A stretch of DNA of 62,017 nucleotides from an uncultured Clostridia bacterium (GTDB lineage: Bacteria > Bacillota > Clostridia > Christensenellales > UBA3700): positions 1 through 62,017 of the forward strand of contig CAMWQA010000003.1 in NCBI GenBank assembly GCA_947176265.1, read 5' to 3'. Position 1 is the first letter of the stretch. The number at the start of each line of letters is the position of its first letter. The position numbers and the translations under genes are program-made. The notes beneath the pieces are model-generated. The model saw nothing but the letters and a program-made list of their open reading frames with translations. It was not told the origin of the DNA and did not search any database. This document shows, piece after piece, positions 16,884 to 26,646 of the stretch.

Positions 16884-18872
16884 TTATACGCTCTTAATAT
16901 TGTAAAGTCTTACTTCAAAAGGCTGCAATTCAATATTAAATTTATCTCCGCTTGCGACGGTTGAAGCCTCTCCGCCAATAGGATAGAACTGCTCTACCTC
17001 ATAACCTTTTTCGTCAAAACTCAAAGCCTTGTGGTCAAAAGCGTAATTAATTGTCCTATCGGAAGAATTGCGTATTGCAAGTATTCCCTTGCCGTCGTGG
17101 AAAGCGTAATATCCGTATACTCCGCCCTCTTCGGGAGCGTCGCCAAAGAACACGCTGTGGCGAATAGTATCAAAGTTATTTTCAGCCCATTGCAATACTT
17201 CAGTAGCCGCCGCATATCTTTGCTTATCAAACATTTGAGGAGAAAAATACAACTCCACAAAGCCTGTGCCGCGCATCATACACATATACAGATACGTCTT
17301 AAACTGTTCTATATCGTATACCACCGTCGGGTGCGAAGAATCGGGGGTCTGCTGATTGCCGGTCATAGGCGGATTGCAGTTGCGCTCCGCATAGCACGGC
17401 TCGTGATTGTACAAGTTGGAAATTGGGAATTGCAACTGCCTTATCTCAAAGAAATCGCGATACTTACCGTCGCGGTAGTTGAGGCATTGCGAAAGATTAT
17501 CTCCCATACCTGCGTATCCCATGTCGTTGCAATTGTTAAGCCATATAGCGTCGCACCACTTCAAAAACCAAGGCGAACAGTGCGCGTACGACGTGACGTT
17601 GAGGAATACGTCGGGTCGCGTCTTGCGAATAGCCTCAAATCCTTTCGTCCACTCTTCCCAAAGGAAGGTATAGAAATAAAGTCCATCCCCCTCGCCTTTT
17701 GGATGTCCGTGATTTTTTGCCTTGCAAGGCGTGACGGCAAAGCCGTCTATCTTAAAATAACTGACGTTATACTTATCGCAAAACTCCGCCATCTTCTCGC
17801 ACAAATCCCTGATATACTTAGTATTGCAAGTACATATATCGTAAGACTGCTTGCACTTGGGATAGCCTATGCTCTCAAGCAATTTTGCATACTTATAAGT
17901 CTGCTGAGTATATCCGCCTCGCGGACCGAACCACACGCCGAAAGTCGAGCCAAGCTCTTTCGTCAACTTGCTTTCGTTATAAAATTCATTGGGGAATTTA
18001 TTACCGTCAAACTCCCAAAATTTTGCGCTCTTGTAATCTATCCAACCGTCGTCGACGACGTAGCAGTCAAGCGGACGCAGTCCCGCTTCTTTAAATCCGC
18101 TTGCAATTGCATTGAAAGATTTTGCTATCTTATCGCTGTCAATATTAAGCATATTGTCATACCAACTGTTGAATTGCAATCTGAATTTCGCGGGCTGTAC
18201 CGCAATGGTCGCAACGTATTTAAAAAAGTCTGCGCGCATAGAATGGAAATTCGCTTGCCTACCGCTGCCAATAACGAACTCCACGCTCGTATATACTCCG
18301 TCGGTTGCAATCTCTGCAAAACTTCTGCCGATATGATATCTGCTGTAGGCTATATTGTTTTCAATTCTATTGTCTGCGACGGGAAATTCTCCGCCAAAGA
18401 ACATATCGCCGACATAGTACGGCTGTCCCATAGTAGTAATATACGCAGGTATCATCACCCTCTTTTTTACTTTGGGTATGCTCCACTTAAATTCCATTGC
18501 GCTTACGTCAAAACTGTCAAGGTCAACAAAGTCGATTACCACTCCCGGATTTGACACTGCAATCTCTACGGTCTTTCTCAAGACTCCCGACTGCTCGTCG
18601 GCAACATAAATTAGGCGGACGCTCCAATCCATACCGCCGTGAGTAATAGCCAATTCTACGCAACTTTCGTCAGTTGAGACGACACTCATTTGGTTGCTGT
18701 CAAAAAAAGCTTTCTTGCGCATAATACCCGTCTTGACAAAATACGATATTCCGCATTCATAGCCCGACTGATTTATTCTCTTGCCTGTGATTTTGTTGAC
18801 TACGTAAGCTCCGACAATCTTGCCGTCAGCTACGTCAATACCCTTGATTACCTTTTGCGATTCAAATACCAT
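16884..18872 (-). CDS. Glycoside hydrolase, clan GH-D (GH36/GH27-like alpha-galactosidase family)
   Basis: 'CYVVDDGW' and 'YFKIDGF' motifs are characteristic of alpha-galactosidase-type TIM barrels. It is cytoplasmic (no signal peptide) and adjacent to a sugar-type MFS gene. The exact family was not determined. Confidence 0.6.
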   Translation of the reverse strand: MVFESQKVIKGIDVADGKIVGAYVVNKITGKRINQSGYECGISYFVKTGIMRKKAFFDSNQMSVVSTDESCVELAITHGGMDWSVRLIYVADEQSGVLRKTVEIAVSNPGVVIDFVDLDSFDVSAMEFKWSIPKVKKRVMIPAYITTMGQPYYVGDMFFGGEFPVADNRIENNIAYSRYHIGRSFAEIATDGVYTSVEFVIGSGRQANFHSMRADFFKYVATIAVQPAKFRLQFNSWYDNMLNIDSDKIAKSFNAIASGFKEAGLRPLDCYVVDDGWIDYKSAKFWEFDGNKFPNEFYNESKLTKELGSTFGVWFGPRGGYTQQTYKYAKLLESIGYPKCKQSYDICTCNTKYIRDLCEKMAEFCDKYNVSYFKIDGFAVTPCKAKNHGHPKGEGDGLYFYTFLWEEWTKGFEAIRKTRPDVFLNVTSYAHCSPWFLKWCDAIWLNNCNDMGYAGMGDNLSQCLNYRDGKYRDFFEIRQLQFPISNLYNHEPCYAERNCNPPMTGNQQTPDSSHPTVVYDIEQFKTYLYMCMMRGTGFVELYFSPQMFDKQRYAAATEVLQWAENNFDTIRHSVFFGDAPEEGGVYGYYAFHDGKGILAIRNSSDRTINYAFDHKALSFDEKGYEVEQFYPIGGEASTVASGDKFNIELQPFEVRLYNIKSV

Positions 18873-19007
18873 AAGTTATCCTTAAAACATATTTCTATAT
18901 TATATAATAACATAGCGATAATAAAATTTCAAGGGTAAATTAAAAAGAGTGGAGCGCCTTTGCGTTCCGCTTCTTCTACTTCTTAATGAATCTGTACTTG
19001 CGACACG

Positions 19008-19217
19008 TCACTTTTCGCCGAACAAACTTGCAAAATCTTCAAACGTATAGCTTTGTCTCTTTTTCATTTCCGGATCGGCGAGATTGAAAAAACAACTTGG
19101 AATTTCTCTCAACTTTAAACACTTTGCAATGCACAGCGAACAGCCCTTGTCATGATTTGCCGGATTTAACGGACACTTGGTATCTTTGCAGGTGCAAAAC
19201 TCACTTAAATTTGCCAT
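19008..19217 (-). CDS. Small cysteine-rich protein (DUF6485-like)
   Basis: 69 aa with seven Cys in 'CTCKDTKCPLNPANHDKGCSLCIAKCLKLREIPSCFF'. It is tightly packed after the ALDH gene. Confidence 0.5.
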   Translation of the reverse strand: MANLSEFCTCKDTKCPLNPANHDKGCSLCIAKCLKLREIPSCFFNLADPEMKKRQSYTFEDFASLFGEK

Positions 19218-19248
19218 AATCTATTCTCCTTTCTCTTTAGTCTTTAGT

Positions 19249-20616
19249 TTACTTCATAAATTTTTTAATCAACTTGTAATGCTTATCGGTATAAGGCTGA
19301 TAGCGCACGGGCATATCAAACCAAGTCTTTTTGTCAAGGACGCTCTTGTAATGCGTGAAGGTGTCAAAACCAATCTTGCCGTGATACTGTCCCATACCGC
19401 TCTGTTTAAGTCCGCCGAATGGCAAAGTCGACGAGGCAATATGCATAATAGTGTCGTTGATACAACCTCCGCCAAATCTGCAAAACGTCTTAAGTTTGTC
19501 TTGATTTGCCTTGCTTTGCGAGAAGAAATAAAGCGCAAGAGGTGTGGACATTGAATTGACTTTTGCTATCGCCTCGTCCAAATTATCAAACGTGACGATT
19601 GGCAAAACAGGTCCAAACATCTCTTGATTCATCTCGGGATCGTCGAAAGTCGAATCAAGCAAAGTCGGCTGAATTTTAAGCTTTTCATCGTCGACCTTTC
19701 CGCCGAAAAGTACCCTGTCTTTGTCGATATAATTTTTGACTTTGTCAAAGTGTTTTTGATTGATTATCTTGGGATAGTTGTCATTGGAAATTGGGTCTTG
19801 AGTATATTGCAACGTAATTTGCTTTTTAAGTTCTTCCACCAATTGTTCTTTGATGCTTTTATCGCAATAGATAAAGTCGGGCGCTACGCACGTCTGTCCC
19901 GAATTGAGATATTTTCCGAATACGATTCGACGCGCGGCAAGAGGTATATTTGCAGTATCATCGACGATACAAGGACTTTTACCGCCCATCTCCAAAGTGA
20001 TGGGAGTAAACTTTTCCGAAGCTTTTTGCATCACGATTTTTCCTACGGCTGTACTGCCGGTATAGAATATATAATCATAGTCTTGTTCAAGCAAAAACGC
20101 GTTCTCTTCCCTACCGCCGCTGACTACGATTACTTCATTTTTTTCAAACGTCTTTTCTACAAGTTTTTCTATCGCTAAGGACGTGTTGCGCGAATATCTG
20201 CTTGGCTTGAGTACTACGCTGTTACCTGCGGCTATTGCGTCCACCATAGGTTCTATTGAGAGCATAAACGGATAATTCCACGGGCTCATCACTAGCACGC
20301 AACCGTAAGGACACGGCAATATTTGACTCTTTGCAGGGAATTGAAAAAGCGCGCTCTTGACCTTTTGAGGACGTGAAAATTTCTTGATATGCTTTATCAT
20401 AAATGTTATTTCGCAAAGCACCATTCCTATTTCCGTAGTGTAACTCTCTATTTCGCTCTTGTTAAGATCTGCTTTGAGCGCGGCAAAAATCTCGTCTTTC
20501 ATAAGCAGTATGTTGTCATACAACTTTTTGAGAGACTTTATCCTTTTTTTGTAATCCAAAAAGGCGTGATCCGCCCTCTGCATTTGTATACAATTAATTA
20601 CTTCTTGCCTTTCCAT
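19249..20616 (-). CDS. Aldehyde dehydrogenase family protein (class 3-like)
   Basis: Catalytic Glu in 'LEMGGKSPCIV', catalytic Cys in 'NSGQTCVAPD', cofactor site 'FTGST.VG'. The 455 aa are typical of ALDH3-type enzymes. Confidence 0.9.
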   Translation of the reverse strand: MERQEVINCIQMQRADHAFLDYKKRIKSLKKLYDNILLMKDEIFAALKADLNKSEIESYTTEIGMVLCEITFMIKHIKKFSRPQKVKSALFQFPAKSQILPCPYGCVLVMSPWNYPFMLSIEPMVDAIAAGNSVVLKPSRYSRNTSLAIEKLVEKTFEKNEVIVVSGGREENAFLLEQDYDYIFYTGSTAVGKIVMQKASEKFTPITLEMGGKSPCIVDDTANIPLAARRIVFGKYLNSGQTCVAPDFIYCDKSIKEQLVEELKKQITLQYTQDPISNDNYPKIINQKHFDKVKNYIDKDRVLFGGKVDDEKLKIQPTLLDSTFDDPEMNQEMFGPVLPIVTFDNLDEAIAKVNSMSTPLALYFFSQSKANQDKLKTFCRFGGGCINDTIMHIASSTLPFGGLKQSGMGQYHGKIGFDTFTHYKSVLDKKTWFDMPVRYQPYTDKHYKLIKKFMK

Positions 20617-20647
20617 GTAAATAAACGCTCCTGCAACTTGTTTAACG

Positions 20648-21097
20648 TCATTTCGACACGTTGTTCAACAATACTTCAAGATAACTTGCAATCTCTTTTT
20701 TTGCCCCTTCAAGATCGTGTTCTCTGTAGTTACCGCACTCCTTTTGAGTTGTCCCCGGCACGTAGTCGAGCTCTAAACACCTCTTAAGACATTCCACCGT
20801 CACGCGCTTTGCTTCCTGTTCCTCAATGCCGAAAAGCAAGAGATAACATCCCGTACGGCAACCCATAGGTCCAAAATACACCACCTTGTCTTTTATCTCG
20901 CTGTTGCGAATAACCACCGCAAAGAGATGCTCAATGGAATGCAACGCGGCGTAAGATATGTAATCTCCTTTGTTGGGATACTTAAAACGCATATCGTAGG
21001 TATATACTCCGTTTGCCTCTCCAAGGCAATAAAACCCTGGAGTCATTGCGTCGTGGTCAAGCTCAAAAGATTTGATATTGTCCATAGTCTTCTCCAA
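20648..21097 (-). CDS. luxS: S-ribosylhomocysteine lyase LuxS
   Basis: Metal-binding 'HSIEHLFA' (HxxEH) and 'GPMGCRTGCY'. Length is 149 aa. Confidence 0.95.
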   Translation of the reverse strand: MEKTMDNIKSFELDHDAMTPGFYCLGEANGVYTYDMRFKYPNKGDYISYAALHSIEHLFAVVIRNSEIKDKVVYFGPMGCRTGCYLLLFGIEEQEAKRVTVECLKRCLELDYVPGTTQKECGNYREHDLEGAKKEIASYLEVLLNNVSK

Positions 21098-21250
21098 TAA
21101 TTTAATGACAAGATTATAGCATAAGCCTTAACGTCAAGTCAATAATATTTAGTTTGCTACGTTGCTGTCGATATGCCAGTGCGCTTAACGACAAATTTCT
21201 ACTTTTATGTCGAATTTTTTTCTTTTCTGCGCTTATATTATTTTTGCCTG

Positions 21251-21280
21251 TTGACAGTTTGAATACAAAACATATATAAT
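21251..21280 (+). promoter_or_regulatory. Putative sigma-70 promoter of the GPH transporter / phosphodiesterase pair
   Basis: -35 TTGACA (21251-21256), an 18-bp spacer and -10 TATAAT (21275-21280), 30 nt upstream of the ATG at 21311. Confidence 0.45.
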
Positions 21281-21310
21281 TGATATATATTATAACAAAA
21301 CGGTGAAATT

Positions 21311-22837
21311 ATGACGGAAGAAAAAGCAAAAATGAATACGTGGGAAAAGCTGGCATACGGCGGCGGCGAGATTTACGGTAGCGGATACGCTGCGTTGCTA
21401 GGCGTGGTACTCTCCTTCTTTTTGACAAATCTCGTACTGGTAGGCATTAAGAATGCAGAAATTTACGCGGCGATAATCATAGTCGTGTCAAAGGTGTGGG
21501 ACGCAATCTCCGACCCGCTCATGGGAGTAATATCCGACAACACGCGTACAAAAATAGGCAGACGCAGACCGTGGATAATTATAGGCGGAGCTTTAGTGCC
21601 TGTGGCATTTGCAATAATGTTTATGCCCTGGGCAAAGAATATTGAAAACCAAGCCTTGAGAATAATTTACGCTTGCGTTGGATATTTCTTACTGTGCACG
21701 ATCAATACAATTTCGCAAGTGCCGTACGCGTCTTTAAGCGCAGAGATTTCCGGCGACTTTAAAGAGCGCAACAAGGCAAACTCAATTAAACTTCTCTTCT
21801 CTTTGGTAAGCTCGGGACTTTTCTTCCTAATACCGTCGGCAGCGACCGAAGCGTATTCTGCATATCTCACAGGAAAGTCGTCTATGTACGGCAAGATCAA
21901 CGAAACGGGATTTTTCCTAGTCGTAGCAATACTCTGCGGAGTAATATTCGGCATATCTACGGTACTCGTTGGAATTTTCAGCAACGAACGCATACCTTAC
22001 GACACGACGCAAAAAAGCAAGTTTTCTTTCAAGAGCTACGCCGTACCGCTCAAAAATAAATCGTACAGATACCATCTTATGATGTATCTTACGGCATTCG
22101 GCTGCTACGATTTCATTTCCGCATTGGTACTCTATTACGTTACGGCAGTCGTACCCGGCATAACTATATTCGGCAAGAGTATGAGCACTCTGTTTATTGT
22201 CGCTCCTATGATGGTAATGGCGGCAGTCACGTATCCTTTGAATATGAAACTCAAGAATACCAAAGGCAAGCAATTCGTATACCGTTGGGGGCTGCCCTGC
22301 TATATCCTCGGCGCGTTGGGATTGGCGGTATTCCCCAATACGCAAAACGCCAACGTTAGCTGGTTGCTTCTGCTTTGCTCGGCGGTAATGGGCGTAGGCT
22401 TCGGCGGAGCGCAGATGATGCCGTGGATGATATTCCCCGATACGCAAGACGTGGCGGAACTAAAGACCGGCATAAAAGACACCGGCTGTTACAGCGGACT
22501 TATGACCTTCACTCGTAAGATAGGCACTGCCATTGCGCAAAGTATAGTGCTTATCGTGCTTGCTTGCGTAGGCTACAGCGATTGTACGGAAAAAATATAT
22601 AACAAAGAATTAGACGCATATCCGCAGAAAGTTACGCTGGCAATACGTATACTTTTCGGCGCAGTCGTAGTAATAATGATAAGCCTTGCAATATGGGCTT
22701 CGTTGCAATACAAAGTCACCGACCAAAAATTGACGAGAATTAAATACTATCTCGAAAAGCAACGCGCAGGCGAAAACGACGCCTTGACGGACGAGGAAAA
22801 AGCCGAAAGACAGGCGTTGATTGAGGAGCTTGGCTGA
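21311..22837 (+). CDS. Glycoside-pentoside-hexuronide (GPH):cation symporter family transporter
   Basis: 12-TM profile and the GPH signature 'WDAISDPLMGVISDNTRTKIGRRRPW'. Confidence 0.85.
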   Translation: MTEEKAKMNTWEKLAYGGGEIYGSGYAALLGVVLSFFLTNLVLVGIKNAEIYAAIIIVVSKVWDAISDPLMGVISDNTRTKIGRRRPWIIIGGALVPVAFAIMFMPWAKNIENQALRIIYACVGYFLLCTINTISQVPYASLSAEISGDFKERNKANSIKLLFSLVSSGLFFLIPSAATEAYSAYLTGKSSMYGKINETGFFLVVAILCGVIFGISTVLVGIFSNERIPYDTTQKSKFSFKSYAVPLKNKSYRYHLMMYLTAFGCYDFISALVLYYVTAVVPGITIFGKSMSTLFIVAPMMVMAAVTYPLNMKLKNTKGKQFVYRWGLPCYILGALGLAVFPNTQNANVSWLLLLCSAVMGVGFGGAQMMPWMIFPDTQDVAELKTGIKDTGCYSGLMTFTRKIGTAIAQSIVLIVLACVGYSDCTEKIYNKELDAYPQKVTLAIRILFGAVVVIMISLAIWASLQYKVTDQKLTRIKYYLEKQRAGENDALTDEEKAERQALIEELG

Positions 22838-22838
22838 T

Positions 22839-23642
22839 ATGGATTTCAATACTACACCGCTTACAAAATTGACAGGCAGTCTGTGCAAAGTCATGGGCGT
22901 AGAACCTCCCGAGCATTCAGAAGGCGAAATTGACGAACTCGTCAATTTCGTTACGTCAAAGACGGAAGGCAAACCCGTCGACAGAATTCTTATGTACAAC
23001 CCCGACGCAATAGGTCAGTGGTCGTACGAAAAATACTCCGACAAATTTTCGCCGATGCGCGAATACGCGCCGTTTGAGCTTAATATGATTACGGTTTTTC
23101 CGCCCAAAACTCCCGTATGCTTTGGCAGTATGTACACGGGCGCGAGTCCCGAAGTACACGGCATACAGCATTACGTCAAATCGCTGATTACCATTGACAG
23201 CATTTTTGACGCGCTTATCCGCGCGGGGAAAAAGCCTTGCATAGTCGCCGTCAAAAACTCTTCTCTGTCCAAGATATTCAACGAGCGCAATATGGATTAT
23301 TATTTTGAAGATTACGACAACGAAGTAATATCCCGCGCAGTCGAACTTATCAAGCAAGACAAATATGATTTCATCGTCGTATACAATCAAGAATTCGACG
23401 ACGTAATGCACCGTTCCCATCCAAATTCAAAACGCTCGCAAAAGGCGCTTGACCACCACGCGCAATCCTTTGAGATACTCGGCAGACACGTAATAGAATA
23501 TTGGAAAGGACACGACACGTTGATAGGTTGCGCCACCGACCACGGCACGCACCGCGAATGGTATCTGCTCGGTCAGCACGGCAAGAATATCCCCGAGGAT
23601 ATGAATATCAAACACTATTACGGAGTTATAAATAAGCAATAA
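22839..23642 (+). CDS. Alkaline-phosphatase-superfamily enzyme, type I phosphodiesterase / nucleotide pyrophosphatase (NPP)-like, cytoplasmic
   Basis: Start set to the ATG at 22839 (GAGGAG Shine-Dalgarno; one nt after the GPH TGA). Collinear NPP motifs: 'MYNPDAIG', 'PPKTPVCFGSMYTGASPEVHGI', 'FDDVMHRSHP', 'CATDHGTH' and 'GQHG'. No signal peptide. Confidence 0.6.
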   Translation: MDFNTTPLTKLTGSLCKVMGVEPPEHSEGEIDELVNFVTSKTEGKPVDRILMYNPDAIGQWSYEKYSDKFSPMREYAPFELNMITVFPPKTPVCFGSMYTGASPEVHGIQHYVKSLITIDSIFDALIRAGKKPCIVAVKNSSLSKIFNERNMDYYFEDYDNEVISRAVELIKQDKYDFIVVYNQEFDDVMHRSHPNSKRSQKALDHHAQSFEILGRHVIEYWKGHDTLIGCATDHGTHREWYLLGQHGKNIPEDMNIKHYYGVINKQ

Positions 23643-23826
23643 ATTTTTATACTACTGCTAATAAAAGCCCGACTTGCTCATAAGAAATGCGTCGGACTTT
23701 TTGCATTACAATATGCATATTTACACCAAAAACAATGCAATTCTAATTATATTCGACTTAATTCTATTGAAAAGTGTATTCAAAATGATTTAAAATATCC
23801 CTAGCAAATCGAAAGGAGCAAACAAC

Positions 23827-24537
23827 ATGAATAATTTCGCAGACTTTCTCTATACGTTGCGCAAAGAAAAAGGCATGACGCAAGCCGAACTTGCCGAGCT
23901 TTTGGGAGTGACTAACAAAGCCGTGTCAAAGTGGGAAACGGGCGAAGCAATGCCGGAAACAAGTCTACTCTTGCCGCTGTCTCGTATACTAGGCGTGAGC
24001 GTAGACGAACTGCTTGCTGGCAAGCGCGACAGTCAAGATGATATTGCTTCAAGAGAAGATAAGATCAAAGACGAAGATAAAGATGATGACGTAATCGAAG
24101 AATATATAAAAAGCCATTTATTTAAAAGAGGCAAAGACGACGAAAAAACTCTTCTTGACAAAATTTCCGCTTTGGTATGCACTTGCATATTCTCTATTGG
24201 ATTGCTAACCTATCTAATTTTAGGCGCGGTTGGCGACCTTTGGACGCCCTATTGGATTATTATACCGTTGTGCGCGCTCTCCTGCGGAATTATAGGCATA
24301 TTATTCGATATATTCAATAAGGCAAAACGCGCTCAAAAAATAAAACGAGGCGAAAATCCGTACATCGGCGCAATTTGCGGTATCGTCATGATTACGTGCA
24401 TAATTACGTATCTGATTCTGGGCGTATTCTTCTCTCTATGGCATCCTTTTTGGATATTGCTTGTCGCAGGCGCTTTTGTTTGCAGCGTGGCGGGAATTAT
24501 CGGCGGTATCGTATCAAATAAAACAAAGTTAGATTGA
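23827..24537 (+). CDS. XRE-family helix-turn-helix protein with a C-terminal 4-TM membrane domain
   Basis: 'LRKEKGMTQAELAELLGVTNKAVSKWETGEAMPE' (HTH_3), an acidic linker, then four hydrophobic helices. Confidence 0.8.
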   Translation: MNNFADFLYTLRKEKGMTQAELAELLGVTNKAVSKWETGEAMPETSLLLPLSRILGVSVDELLAGKRDSQDDIASREDKIKDEDKDDDVIEEYIKSHLFKRGKDDEKTLLDKISALVCTCIFSIGLLTYLILGAVGDLWTPYWIIIPLCALSCGIIGILFDIFNKAKRAQKIKRGENPYIGAICGIVMITCIITYLILGVFFSLWHPFWILLVAGAFVCSVAGIIGGIVSNKTKLD

Positions 24538-24619
24538 ATTATATAAAAATATCCTTATTTTGCCAAAATATTAAAAATACGGTATTGACTTTTACCATAA
24601 TTTATAGTTTAATAAATAT

Positions 24620-25324
24620 ATGGAAGTGATAATGTATATTTTAGTTGCGGTTTGCATAGCTTTGGGCGTATTCAAGTCATATTCCCGTAATAAAGGCAAT
24701 TATGACTTTGAACTCATCGCAAAGACGTGCGGATCGCTTTGTTTTGTTGCAATAGGTATTCTTGCCTTTTATCTATCCGAACATTCGGGCAAAGAAAAGT
24801 CCTATTCCCTTGTCGTAATTTTGGGTCTCATACTGGGACTTATCGGAGATATATTCCTCTGTCTTTACAGCACTAACGCGCATCCAAAGAGAAAGAATCT
24901 TATTCAGACTGTGGGCGTAGTATTCTTCTTCCTTGGTCATTTGTGCTATATGTTCAACTTTTTGACCTTGGAGTCATTTAAACTCTATCTGCTCCCCACG
25001 CTTATCGTATTGCCAATCATATATATCATACTTGCTTGCACCGTACTCACTTCAAGCAAAGCCCAAAATATTATGCTTGCGATATATTATTTTGCGCTCA
25101 ACTTGATACTAACTTCTGCAATCAACTTAATGATAGTGAGAGGCGTAAACGTATTTACTCTGCTCAACTTGATAGGTTGCGTACTCTTTATATCTTCAGA
25201 TACCGTACTCGGTCTATCGTGGTTCGCGCCGTCGCTTAAACTGCCAAAAAGCCATGATTACTATATCATCTTGAGTTACTACACCGCGCAGTGCCTATTT
25301 GCGCTGTCGATATTCTTTATTTAG
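24620..25324 (+). CDS. YhhN-family (lysoplasmalogenase-like) integral membrane protein
   Basis: About 8 TM segments with 'GLIGDIFL', 'FFLGHLCY' and 'FISSDTVLG' motifs. The start could instead be the ATG at 24632. Confidence 0.7.
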   Translation: MEVIMYILVAVCIALGVFKSYSRNKGNYDFELIAKTCGSLCFVAIGILAFYLSEHSGKEKSYSLVVILGLILGLIGDIFLCLYSTNAHPKRKNLIQTVGVVFFFLGHLCYMFNFLTLESFKLYLLPTLIVLPIIYIILACTVLTSSKAQNIMLAIYYFALNLILTSAINLMIVRGVNVFTLLNLIGCVLFISSDTVLGLSWFAPSLKLPKSHDYYIILSYYTAQCLFALSIFFI

Positions 25325-25332
25325 TTCATATA

Positions 25333-25494
25333 GTTCGACTCTAAGAGAGGATAGTCAAATCTAAAATGCGTCTTTTCCGCCAATCTAGCCTTTGGCTCAA
25401 GTCGACGTACATAAAGTACGACGGCTTTCGTCAAAAGCTATCTTGACAAAAAATCCGCTATTTTATTATTCTCCTATCTCTCTTCTCGCCGAAC
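25333..25494. repeat. ~160-bp structured intergenic repeat, copy C (diverged relative of the 5560 and 54218 elements, opposite orientation of the core)
   Basis: Imperfect terminal inverted repeats GTTCGACTCTAAGAGAGGATAG / CTATCTCTCTTCTCGCCGAAC. The central GACGTACATAAAGTACGAC is the exact reverse complement of the core of copy B (GTCGTACTTTATGTACGTC). It lies between convergent genes. Confidence 0.7.
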
Positions 25495-25518
25495 ACAAGT
25501 TAGTGAAAAAGAGCAATG

Positions 25519-26067
25519 CTATATGCAGTCGCTCTTTTTTAGTTTTGCCTTAATAACTTTTAACAAATCGATATCCTTAACAGTACAATACGTCGTCAAA
25601 ATGGGCACTGCCAAGAATATCGCGCCCATAATCGTACCGAGCGTATATATTACGTACTGCCAACCGTTGTTACCGACTAAGTCTTGGAAAGCGACGACTA
25701 TATCTCTTACCATACTGTCCAAAAATTCTGGAAGAGTCGAGCCTGCGCCTACCGGGAACATAAGTATAAACGCCAAGAAAAGCGGAATCGTCATTATAGT
25801 ACTGTATGCACATACCGTGATTGAAAAGATATTTTTTACTCTGCCTTCAAACGTACCTGCCGCCGTGGACATGAGCATAATGCCAATTGCGTTGGTCACT
25901 ATGACGACTACGTATCTCAAAATGACGTTGGAAATTGCGCTGATATATTTAAGTCCCGAATTGCCGCCTGCGGCTTGCACTATCGACAAAATGCCGAGTA
26001 TAATAAACAATGCGGCTACGGTAATCATTACGCTTTGTTTAACAATCTTCTTTTTGCTCTCTTCCAT
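25519..26067 (-). CDS. Hypothetical integral membrane protein (4-5 TM)
   Basis: Clean TM helices and a charged N-terminus 'MEESKKKIVK' with a G-rich Shine-Dalgarno upstream. I recognise no family. Confidence 0.5.
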   Translation of the reverse strand: MEESKKKIVKQSVMITVAALFIILGILSIVQAAGGNSGLKYISAISNVILRYVVVIVTNAIGIMLMSTAAGTFEGRVKNIFSITVCAYSTIMTIPLFLAFILMFPVGAGSTLPEFLDSMVRDIVVAFQDLVGNNGWQYVIYTLGTIMGAIFLAVPILTTYCTVKDIDLLKVIKAKLKKSDCI

Positions 26068-26113
26068 AAATCCCCCGAGACAATAACTTGCCTTAAAATA
26101 TTAATTTAATTAT

Positions 26114-26145
26114 AAAATATATTGCGCGACAACGCAATATATTTT
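26114..26145. terminator. Perfect 13-bp AT-rich inverted repeat; likely terminator of the ACT-domain gene or an operator
   Basis: AAAATATATTGCG-CGACAA-CGCAATATATTTT. On the minus strand it is followed by ATAATTAAATT. Confidence 0.45.
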
Positions 26146-26183
26146 CAAAATAATTTTAATACTTTTTTAATTTAGGGAATCTG

Positions 26184-26552
26184 TTATTTAATTACGGAAT
26201 ATCCGCCTTTTTCAAGCGCAGTCAAAGCCTTGTCTAAGTACTGTTCTTTTATTAAAATATAATCGGTGTCGTACGTAGATACGGCAAAGATAGGCACGCC
26301 AGAGTTAGCCAATACCGACGATATATTTGACAGTATCCCTACCAAAGAAAAATCAAGCGTCCCTACTACGCGCAGACCTCTCCACGTACTGTCAACCGCC
26401 AAACTGTCTTTTGGAACGTCGGCTTCTTTGCATACCAAAGATACCTCGCCGTCTGTCTTGGCAAGAAAGAAAAAGTCGCTCTGCATATCGACTTGATTTA
26501 CGCTATCTATTTTGCATACGCAAAACTTATATTCAAGTAATTGTATTTGCAT
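26184..26552 (-). CDS. ACT-domain-containing protein
   Basis: 122 aa; 'GILSNISSVLANSGVPIFAVSTYDTDYILIKEQYLDKAL' is a typical ACT beta-alpha-beta-beta-alpha-beta end. Confidence 0.7.
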   Translation of the reverse strand: MQIQLLEYKFCVCKIDSVNQVDMQSDFFFLAKTDGEVSLVCKEADVPKDSLAVDSTWRGLRVVGTLDFSLVGILSNISSVLANSGVPIFAVSTYDTDYILIKEQYLDKALTALEKGGYSVIK

Positions 26553-26646
26553 AATATTATTTTATCAAATAAATTGCCGTATGCCAACGATATTGACGTT
26601 TAAATTAAATATTGCAAATTATAAAATCGTGTGATATAATTGATTT

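Noticed and set aside
17031-18554. A 507-aa ORF on the plus strand, antisense to the GH36-like gene. Similar long antisense ORFs occur at 5815-6609 and 7585-8682 (PFOR), 37562-38539 (metG), 43086-43898 (ntpA), 53288-54118 (RR/HK), 11369-12148 (VWA) and 21917-22447 (GPH).
   Set aside because: In each case the opposite strand encodes a protein with clear family motifs. The antisense translations are low-complexity (rich in R, L, S, F and C) with no recognisable motifs or Shine-Dalgarno sequences. They look like by-products of codon bias that depletes stop codons on the reverse frame.
25523-26086. A 187-aa plus-strand ORF fully overlapping the minus-strand membrane-protein ORF at 25519-26067.
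   Set aside because: The minus-strand product has well-formed TM helices, a positive-inside N-terminus and a G-rich Shine-Dalgarno. The plus-strand product is irregular and would collide with the convergent YhhN transcription unit. The confidence gap between the two is moderate, not absolute.
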